Shown here: positions 38,504 through 48,700 of the stretch, in pieces
Layout: each line of letters begins with the position of its first letter
Position numbering within the stretch: the first letter of the stretch is position 1
Source: Nitrospirales bacterium
GTDB lineage: Bacteria; Nitrospirota; Nitrospiria; Nitrospirales; UBA8639
Length of the DNA stretch: 64,000 bases
NCBI GenBank assembly: GCA_965203295.1
Contig: CBDBCZ010000012.1
Span: forward strand, 544,001 to 608,000
Reading direction: 5' to 3'
Made by a program: the position numbers and the translations under genes
Notes under the pieces: generated by a model
The model's input: only the letters and a program-made list of their open reading frames with translations
What the model was told of the DNA's origin: nothing
Database searches by the model: none

Positions 38504-41500
38504 ATGGATCCAGAATCTTCAATCGTTTTCTTAGACTATAGTGAAGTAGATAGTAGAAACTCCTCTCTCATATATCTGAGTTTCAGTCAAGCAGAAAGTT
38601 CCCTAGTTCATGTGGATTACTCATTGGATTGTGATGAGGAAGGTGTCAACTGCTTCACGAATGACAAAGCAGTTTCCCTAAAGGACCGTGGAGGTGCAGA
38701 GAGCCCTGTAGTTTTTTTGGACTACCAATCATCAGATGAAGAGGACAGCCATATACCACTTACATCCACTCCATTTGCCTCTACACCAGTCAAGACTCAG
38801 CTGGATGAATCCCACAGGAGAAGATTGTCATTCTTATCCAACATGCACAGTACAATTGAAGGTGTGGTGATAATTTAATGTGTAGTTCTGTATTCGGGGA
38901 TATGTAGTCTGGCAGCAAGACTAGAGATATATAGTCTTAGACTAGCCATTTATTCTTTATTCATTGTTTCCACTATAGGGGACAACATCACAGATGCACA
39001 AGGTGGACCTCTCCAAGTGAACTTCACATGGAATTATCCCCCAAGAGGTACGTCATAACTTACATGATATTCATAACTGCACAGATTGCATTCCTGAAAC
39101 ACTATACTTGAGTTATTCATGCTACATGTTTACTTAATTGCCTTGTTTTCAGCTTGGGCAAATAATACTCCATCCTTATCTTACATTTTAAACACTCTTA
39201 TCTACAGAAAACTTGACTGAATATGGCCTACATGAATCCGTTACAGCTCATTCTATGCCCCATCTGCTAACATCACCGAGTGTACTTCACATTCAAGAGA
39301 AATCATCTGACTGCATCTCGTGTGGTAAGTAGAGCACCCCACTATGTTATACTGCTGGATGTAAGGCATAGTACTGCTAGATATTCATTGCATGTTAACT
39401 ATGTTTTTGTATCGAAAGAATGTAGTACCTTTGTGTAGTTTACGATGTCTTACAGAACCAGATATAGGGGTAGTTTAGTGGACCAGATCATTATGGTACA
39501 GAGGTTTGCAGGTACTTACTTAGTTTAGGCTGTCAGAATCAAAGGCTAACAGTTTACACAGCTTCTGCCATAACTCCATTTACCAATTGCACTGGACAAC
39601 CAACCTGCAAACTTGAACTGAGATTATTATTGTAAGTATGTACTTACAGATTCAGCAAAGTGGGATGTCCTTGATGTGTTGAAGATTGCTGGCTGTAGTG
39701 AGAGGTGTGCGACCGAAAAGCACTATCTAACACCTGGCGACATCTTACGATACCATGAGCATTACAGTAGCCGATCTCAGCAGGCTAAAAAGCAGTGGCT
39801 GCTCGACTATCTCACCATGAATAGTCTGGAAGGATCTACCAGCACAGAAGTCGCTCTGTCCATCTGTGGCAAGTCTGTTTGCCTTCAGCTATGGCTTTCA
39901 ACTCTCGGAGTTAGCCAGTCCCACTATTACAGCGTTCGAGGCCTCTACCTGAAGGGACACAAGAGGATCGTGAGTGAAATCCAGCGCACTCCACTTCCGA
40001 GAACAAACGAGGCCGTGGCATGGATAGAGGGCTATGTATCACTGATGGGAGACAAAATGCCCAATCGTGCTACTATCCATCTCCCTAGCAGTGTCTCCAA
40101 AGTCAGCATGTACCAGCGAATGATGGCGGAGCTGAAGGTCAGAGGAAAGATTGACATCATCAGCCAGTCCCAGTTTTTTGGTGTCTGGAAGACATTCTTC
40201 TGCCACGTCACTATCCCCAAGGTATGTACTGTGTTTGAATTGGCCTTAACTTCTGTGATATAAAGGGGGTTCACTCCTAACTTCAAACTCAGGCCTCCCG
40301 CCCAGACTTAATCTTGCAGCTGTGGAGATCAGCCGATTAGTCTGAGCGGGAGGCCTTGGTAAAAGGTTAGTATGCTCCTAAAGGCAGAAACAAACGGGCA
40401 TGTGTTTTTAGACGCTACGTATAGCTGTAGCATAGTGCATGTGTGCATGCATATGTATAATTTAATTATCTATTTGGTGCTCACAATCCAACACACATAT
40501 TCATAGGAAAATCGGTTCACAAAATGTGATGTGTGTGTTCTCATCCATCGAGAACTGGAGAAAACAAGTGATCGTGACAGGAGAACTGAGCTCGAGAAAA
40601 TCCGAAGTGAGCACAACGCTCTTCAAATGTGAGTTAGTTGGTCCTTTGAGTATCCTTGTATCTATTGGCGTGCTTGTGCATAGGCCTTTGATAGACAATC
40701 TGAGCCCAACTGGCATGAGTAGAGACAATAATTTAGCAGTCATGGTTATGAAAAATTTAAAATACCACCTTTAGGGATCAAAGAGCTCGCTACCATGATA
40801 TTCGAAGCAAGGCTGAAGTTGACCCATCCATTTTGTCCATCATTATTGATGGCATGGATCAGAATGCCACTCACCTACCCCACATGAAGAAGGTGAACAA
40901 GTCCTCTGTCAACTTGTGGCATTTGAAGACACACCTCACTGGAGTCATCATCCATGGGCATGGATCCAGTGGGTTTCTGGATTACCTGCAGTGGCCCCAT
41001 GACCCAAACCTGACCATGAACATCTTGCTGAGGGCGGTAGTTGGGCAACTATCTACCATGACAGATGCTGCGTTCCCGAAGAAGCTGTACATACAGCTTG
41101 ATAACTGTGGCAGGGAAAACAAGAACCAGTATGTGCTGGCTTTCCTCTCACTGTTGGTGGAGCTTGAAATCTTCCAAGAGGTAAGGGATAAGACACTTTA
41201 AAATAATCATGTTAAATATTTTAGTGTGCAATTTTTTTTATATCAAGATCGAGCTGGGATTCTTGATGGTGGGTCATACCCACGAGGACATTGACGCTCT
41301 ATTCGGGCGTATCAGCATGTGGCTGAGGAAACATGACGCACTGACTGTGCCAGGTAACATTGATAATGATGAATAGTATTAGCATGGGCTTAAAATGTTA
41401 ACTTATAGTATTATCAAGGGGTTAATCTGTAAACTTTTCATTTTTTTAATTAGACCTCCTCTGTGGGATGAAAGCCGCAAAGAGTGACTACAAGGGCACT

Positions 41501-44500
41501 ACAATCTTCAGAGAGATGTACGACATCAAAGCCTGGATCATCCCCCACATGGAGTCTCTGCATAATCATTCTCACCCACACATATTCCGGTTCAGAAAGG
41601 CTTCTGATGGGTTGTCGTACATGCAGTACAAGCAGTGGCGACAAAGCGAGTGGGAACCTCAGTCTGGTCATGGAATTCGACTTTTGAAGGTACATGCATG
41701 GTTCAAAGTATGATTCTAGAATGGCTCAGACCACACAGTGGTTGCTAGCTATTCTGGACTGTAGAAGGTGAAGTCGAGCATATCAATGTGTTTGGCCTAG
41801 TTCCCAGTACAGAGGTGCAAAAGGTCATCATAACATGCTTTTTTACACCTACCAAATATGGGATGGAACACATTCCAACACACTAAAGTGACATTCTTTC
41901 TACAAATGAGCTATTTGAGTTAGGAAACTGATATGGAAGACTGATCCATCTGAAGTACTAGTCAGTACAAGCTCTTTTTATTCATGTACATATCTATCAT
42001 CACAATTGTTTGTTTCCCAGTCCACACCTACAGGAGTTCCTCCTTTTGTTCGACCAAATGTGGCTCGCATGGACACACAGATCATCAAAGCTGATCTGCC
42101 CAAGTATGCCACCTCCGGACTTGGAGCAGTGTCTATCCAGTGGTGGAAAGCATTTCTTGAGATGATAGAATTGGACATGGCTGCCGAACGAGATGTGCAA
42201 TCGGTGTGGTTATTGACGGAGCTACATCATCTCAAAGAAGCTGCACTTCCAGCCCATACTGTTGCAATTCAATTGCCACAGCAGTTGACAACCATGCACA
42301 ACACTGAGGTGCAACCTATCCCACAAGTAAGTCACATTAACTAATGAAATCTATGGCCTACGGCTAACCAGCAATACATATACTGATTTTGACTAATATA
42401 AGTTTAACCCCTGTTCATAAATTTATACATGCAGGTCTACACAGGACGAAGAACGCCAAAGAGTCGCTCCCAACCGACACAGAATCCTCCTCCTGAGGAC
42501 AGCAGTGAAGATCCGCCCCCTCCAACGCAGCGGAGAAGACGTGCAGGACAGGAGGACAGCAGTGAAGATCCGCCCCCTCCAACGCAGCGGAGAAGACGTG
42601 CAGCACAGGAGGACAGCAGAGAATATCTTCCCCCTCCAACGCGGCGGAGAAGACGTGCAGCACAGGAGGACAGCAGAGAATATCTTCCCCCTCCAACGCA
42701 GCGGAGAAGACGTGCAGCACAGGAGGACAGCAGTGAAGATCCGCCCCCTCCAACGCAGTGGAGAAGACGTGCAGCACAGGAGGACAGCAGTGAAGATCCG
42801 CCCCCTCCAACGCGGCGGAGAAGACGTGCAGCACAGGAGGACAGCAGTGAAGATCCGTCCCCTCCAACGCAGTGGAGAAGATGTGCAGCACAGGAGGACA
42901 GCAGTGAAGATCCGCCCCCTCCAACGCAGCGGAGAAGACGTGCAGCACAGGAAGACAGCAGTGAAGATCCGCCCCCTCCAACGCAGCGGAGAAGACGTGC
43001 GGCACAGGAGGACAGCAGTGAAGATCCGCCCCCTTCTAGACATCCCCGGAGGTGTGTACCTGAGAATGCTCTGCCAGAAGAGGACAGCAATGGGACACCT
43101 CCTACAGTTATATCCAAGGTTGGTGTCAACATTTCTTTTTCATTACTAGCACCAATTTCAAGAAAATTCAACACTGCTTTCATGCTAGAAGATTGAAATT
43201 TCAATATTTCTATTGACAGTAGCCTAAAATATTGAAATTTCAACCCTTCCTGTAACATTATAATATTGAAATTTCAACATTTCTTTCACCCTAAATATTG
43301 AAATTTCAACATTTCTTTCAACATAAAATATTGAAATTTAGAAATTTCAATATTTCTATCAATACTAGCCTAAAATATTGAAATTTCAACATTTCTTCTA
43401 ACAGTATAATGTTGAAATTTCAACATGTCTTTCAGCATAAAATATTGAAATTTCAACATTTCTTTCAACATAAATATATTGAAATTTCAACATTTCTTCT
43501 AACAGTATAATTTCAACATTTCTTTCAACATAATATATTGAAATTTAGTATATCTATCAACACTAGCCTAAAATATTGAAATTTCAATATTTCTTTCAGC
43601 CTAAAATATTGAAATTTCAACATTTCTTCTAACAGTATAATATTGAAATTTCAACCTTTCTTTCAGCATAAAATATTGAAATTTCAACATTTCTTCTAAC
43701 AGTATAATATTGAAATTTCAACCTTTCTTTCAGCATAAAATATTGAAATTTCAACATTTTTTCAACATAAAATAGTAGTGACATTTCAACTTTGCTAGAA
43801 ATTTCAACATTTCTGTCAACACTAGCCAAAATATTGAAATTTCAATATTTCATTCCACATATTTACATAGCTATTATTATGTTGAAATTTCAAAATTTTT
43901 AGTGCTAGTATTGAAATGTTGAAATTTCAATATTCTATGTATGTGAAATTATTTTTTATAATTGTGTTGAAATTTCAACATTTCTTGTTGTAGTGGTAGT
44001 GCTGAAGATGTCAAAATTTCAATGTTTTAGGTATAACAGAACTGTTGAGATTTAAATATTTTCGCAGTAAATGAAATGTTGAAATTTCAACGTTCTAGGC
44101 AAATGTTGAAATTTCAACGTTCTAGTGCAAATGTTGAAATTTCAATATTATCTAGTGTTGAAAAAATATTAATATTTTGATATAATAGAGTCAAAGGAAA
44201 ATGTTGAAATTTCAATATTTGAAACAAACATGTCTTTCAGGACAGAAGTTTAATAACTATTATTTCTATTTCTACAGACACCGATCCTAAATGATTTTGT
44301 GGCTTTTGTCCACAAGGACTGGCGAACCCGACCCCTACTTGGTAGGGTTCTACTTATCGGCGAAACTACCACAACTATTCACTGGTGGATCGGAGCCTAC
44401 TCATCCAAGTGGAAGCCATGCTACAGAATGGTGCAAAAGAAGAGAGTAGAATGGACCGAACTAGTTCCCCATGCAGACATTGTAATAGCCTTTAAGTGGC

Positions 44501-44580
44501 CAATGAGGGATGGTAGGCCAGTTCGCCTGCAACCATCTCTCAGGCAGATTATACAACAGGCCTACATTAGTAAAAACTGA
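38504..44580 (+). CDS. Sola/DUF7869-like DDD transposase, 11 exons (approx 38504-38861, 38979-39047, 39208-39324, 39650-40221, 40507-40628, 40775-41180, 41248-41353, 41454-41689, 42021-42326, 42435-43118, 44278-44580)
   Basis: Motifs RFTKCDVC, IIIDGMDQ, LYIQLDNCGRENKN, FLMVGHTHEDIDALFG give a putative D-D-D triad; all introns GT-AG and the frame is open throughout; C-terminal W-rich beta-barrel-like exon. Confidence 0.85.
42495..43035 (+). repeat. Coding minisatellite, 57 bp (19 aa EDSSEDPPPPTQRRRRAAQ) x ~9.5, inside transposase exon 10
   Basis: Directly visible and in frame. Confidence 0.95.
43190..44220. repeat. Array of palindrome (A)TTGAAATTTCAA(T) (~25 copies, often 33-34 bp apart) in the last intron of the transposase
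   Basis: AATATTGAAATTTCAA(C/T)ATT repeats; counted by eye. Confidence 0.93.
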
Positions 44581-45262
44581 CGATGTGGTTAGATTTATTG
44601 CTTATACTGTTATATTTAATCTATAATCATCTATAATCAGTAGTTGTAGTTTTGTTATGAATGTTTTATATTTCTGCAAATACTTACTTTAAGATTGAAG
44701 TAATAAAAAAGTATGCCTTAAAGTAATCAATATTTCTCCCAAAATTTGAAGGAAATCATTCTAGTTCTATGTAACCTACAACAATTAGATTTTCCGCAAT
44801 GAAATTGGAAGTGGTTATAACTATTACCAACATACAGTATGCATGCATGCATGAAAAGGTTTAAACACATCTAGCAAAGCATTTTGAAGCTTATATTAAC
44901 ATTGTTGAGACCTTTTCATTCATTGCGCTCCAGTCAGCATCAAGGTTTCACATCCACATACATGTAGAGAACTGACATATGTTCTGCGTATGTCAGTTCT
45001 CACCACGACATGTGACTGTGAAACTTTGATCCCAGGTAACGGGACGAGGACCCCGGAGTGCGTGTTACCCAAAAACTTGAATATAAACTCAGCACTAAAT
45101 GGCTGGCTTTCTTTTCACAACAAGAAACAGAGATGAGGAGGATACGTACGAACATCTGTGCTGCACATTGTCGCAAGGAGCTGGGGAATAAATTCCTGTA
45201 TAGGGAGTACTGCATTCATGTACATGTGTTCAAAACATTCACACTCCATAAGAATTCATTAT

Positions 45263-45385
45263 CAGGGGTGGGCTCATACTCGGAAGTGGGTCAGGGGTGG
45301 GCTCATACTCGGAAGTGGGTCAGGGGTGGGCTCAAACTCAGAAGTGGGGTGGGCTCAGCCTCGGAAGTGGGTCAGGGGTGGGCTT
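45263..45385 (+). repeat. Short second array of the 29-bp G-rich minisatellite
   Basis: Same unit as 32267-33458. Confidence 0.9.
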
Positions 45386-45734
45386 CAGTGACCGGATGGC
45401 ACATCCTCTAAACAAAGCACATCACAACACTTCTCCAAACTTCTTTACTCAACGTGGACCTTATGCTGTCAAAATAAGAGAAATTGTCATGTGCTATATT
45501 TAGAAACGTGCGCCATTATGGATTACTGAGTGCAGTCAGTGGCAAATAGACACACGTGGGTGATGGTCACCTTCCGATTGCAGCTTGAAATGCAGTTCCT
45601 AGCTGCAGAAGCAGTGAACTGCTGCCAATCCAGTCACCGTTGCCGTTGCCACTGCTCATAGATGGAAATCAATGTCTGTAGAATTAATGGGCATGTGTGA
45701 TGACAACACTTAACAATGCATCCATGCCATCCCC

Positions 45735-48700
45735 CTACAGACAGCGTCTGTAGCTCTCACTGTCGCGTACTGAACGCACAACCTCAAAGTGCCCGGGGGG
45801 GTGCCAAAGGTACATGGACATCTGTGTCACATCATCGTCCAAACGTATGTCTACACCATGAGGGGAATACCTAGACCACCCCTCACGTTCTGTGCTGTAT
45901 ACCAGCACGGGAGTTTGTAGAAAATGAGCTAGAGTTAGCATTTCTACCTCTGTACCCCAGCTCCCTTCACGGTCCATGTGCGTGTCATTGAGGTACCCTT
46001 GAACAGTAGACTGTGTGGGAATTTGAAAGCCTACCAGGAAATGACCAATGGTTAGCATGTAGCTGACAATGGCTGCACGGACAGCATCATGTTCGTCTTC
46101 AGAGCCGGTTATGAGGTATGAAAATGAGCGGAACAAACAATTGCCATCCCCCCTGATATGTTTTACTGTACGTGCGTCTGGTGGTTTTATGGCGACGTCT
46201 GGACCACCTGGCGCCACTGTATTTGGCCCATGAAACTGCAGACCCATAACGTTACAGGCATTGCGCTGCCATTCTACATCAACTGGATGATATCGCCATG
46301 AGGTCTGACCAGGCTCGCCACCGTGGCCACCGCTACCACGCTTCTTTTTCTTATCCGGCTTTTCGTCCTCCAATTTGGACGACGCACGTCTTTTCCTATT
46401 CCTGGGAACAGGCTTGGGGGGTGCCTTAGGAGTCTTTTTGTTTTTTTTTGCTTTAGGCTGATCGTCCTGAGTACTACCGGTAAGCTTTCGCTTAGTGCCA
46501 GTTCTAGTTTGAAGTGGCACTGGATACTGTGGGAGATCGTTCCTGTATGTTTCTCTCAAACGGTTAACTTCTTTAAGGCAGCTGTGGCTAACCATGATGG
46601 ATTTGGGATCAAAAGCAGCCAAGTACAACCCTGAAAGGGAACGAACCCTGGACAGTGCTACGTAGGCCATTCCAGCACTAAACACTTTGTCAGAGAGGTC
46701 TACGATGGCACAGTCCAGTGACAAACCCTGGCATTTGTGAATAGTAACAGCAAATGCTAGGATTAGTGGAAACTGCTTTCTGTAGACGTAGAAGTTTTTC
46801 ATGACCATAAATCTACTCTTGACCTTTTCTACCTTGTAAGGCTCACTTATGTGATCGAACTGAACAGTCACATGGTTTACCGTGATCGAGAGAACAGTAC
46901 CGATAGCACCATTGACTAGTCCAGTCTTAGTGTCCACGTTGCGACGCAGCATGACTCGTGCACCTACAGCCAGCGTAAGCTTGGCTTCCAGTCCTGCTGT
47001 CATATTGTCCTTGTTGAGCTTCTCTAAATGCTCAGTCGCTTTTTTGTTCCATTTACGTGTACTTGCAGTTTCATCAACTTCGTCGGTACACACTAATTTG
47101 TGTACTTTAGAAGTGAGACGCGTGAGCATTTCATTGTTGAGGTCATCGCAGGCCTTTCGTGTCGGGAACAGACACACAGGTGTCTGACCGGATTCTTTAA
47201 GCTCATTGAACTTGTCCGATGCAGACACCTGTATGACCCGCTGTTGAAGTGTGCAAAGAGTTTCATCGGTTGGACAGCCACGTCTTACACAATCCAACAT
47301 TGCTGAAAACTCTTTGTCTTTTCTCTGGCGCTCGTTGATGGTGAGTTCGTCATATGCGACGGAATCTCTCCAAATGTTAACAGACGTTGCACACCCCAGT
47401 TTGAATAGCAGGGATTTTGTGGTAATCTAGTCAAAGACAGGTTTACCACTGACGGGTGGCAGTTGGAGAAGATCGCCTACAAACAGCACATTTTTTGACC
47501 CAAACCACTCATTACCACCAAACAGCTCTTCCAATCTCAAGTGCATGTACGCCAAGTTGAGACTGGACACCATGGAAACTTCGTCTATGACGATCATTTT
47601 CACGTGACGAAGTGTGGTTTTCATAACTTTCTGAGAAGCTTTCGGTAGCGACCAGTAGACCGCTGCTTTACCCTCATGCTCGATAGGCAGTTGGAAAAGC
47701 CTGTGAATGGTAATGCCGCCTACATTGAAAGCAGCCAAGCCAGTCGGTGCTGCAACAGCACACGTCAGACTATCCGATGGCCAAATACTGGCAACTAAAG
47801 CTTTGATAGCTTCGATTAGAAACGATTTACCAGTCCCTCCAACACCACTAACAAACATTCGAAGCGGTTTGAAGTCACAATGACATTCATTGGCTTCGTG
47901 CTGTTGTTGGTGAAGGAGATGACTCTTCACACCGTCAAAGATACGTCTCTGATCGGCATTCAGCATCGCTACTCTTTCTTCTAGACTGAGCTGATTGCAT
48001 GAATTGACATTAATTTCATGTCGAACACATCATTCATGGCCGTCTTGGCCTCACCCATCAACTGTGGGTCATCGTCGTTTTTGTTGACCCTCTCTTCTGG
48101 GCCACTAGCGAGTCTGGCTTCATTGATCTGCTTGATGTTAGACTGAGCTTCCAACATCCTCTTCAATTTGGCATGGTAAGCAGAGCTGTCGCTACTCACT
48201 AGCCTGTGAAACGCTTCTTCCGCCGTTTCATTCTCGAGAAGCAGACTACTTTCCTCTCTAAAAGGAGTGAAGAGAAGTATTAGAGAGTAGTAGTAGTCTT
48301 CTCTCTGGTTTTCGTTTTCGGGATCAAAGAGCCTATGATTTGGAAGCCGTGGTTTTTTGAGTTTGGTGTACACCCTCCTTCCTCTACTGTCCTTACTCTG
48401 CCAATCATAGTTGGCCACAAAGTCGTGTAGACAAACATCTTCCAGACTATCTGGTCTCTCAGGATAGAAAGTGTCTAGAAGATTATCCTGAAAGATTTCT
48501 TCAGTGTCTGGATTGTTCTCTGCAATTTGTTGCAAGACTTTGTGATCCTTCAACCTACGACTTCTCTTATGAGGCATGGCTACATCTATCCACTTGACAG
48601 TGTCAGACTTTTCAGTGAGGTGATCACCGAGCAACAGATCACTCGCCTCATACAAGCCGCACTCTCGAAAGCGCAAACTTCGAATGCCAAAGCTCCAGAG

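Larger units (their letters stand above)
33910..44816. mobile_element. Intact 10.9-kb two-gene TIR DNA transposon (Sola/DUF7869-like transposase plus ParB-like partner)
   Basis: Imperfect ~34-bp TIRs AACCACTTCCAATTTCATCGTGGAATTTCTAATT / AATTAGATTTTCCGCAATGAAATTGGAAGTGGTT (outer 18 bp perfect); ATAA duplicated at 33906-33909 and 44817-44820; both genes end within ~140-240 bp of a TIR. Confidence 0.88.

Noticed and set aside
42415..43258. Minus-strand and alternate-frame ORFs over the 57-bp repeat
   Set aside because: Shadow frames; only the + frame from 42435 joins the transposase exons by GT-AG splicing
43190..44220. CRISPR array or canonical bacterial parS sites
   Set aside because: The repeat is too short, spacers are related to each other, context is a spliceosomal intron, and the sequence differs from the parS consensus TGTTTCACGTGAAACA; kept only as an analogy
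33910..44816. Bacterial contamination or prophage as the source of the ParB-like gene
   Set aside because: The gene has about nine spliceosomal introns and sits within TIRs and a TSD inside eukaryotic TE sequence
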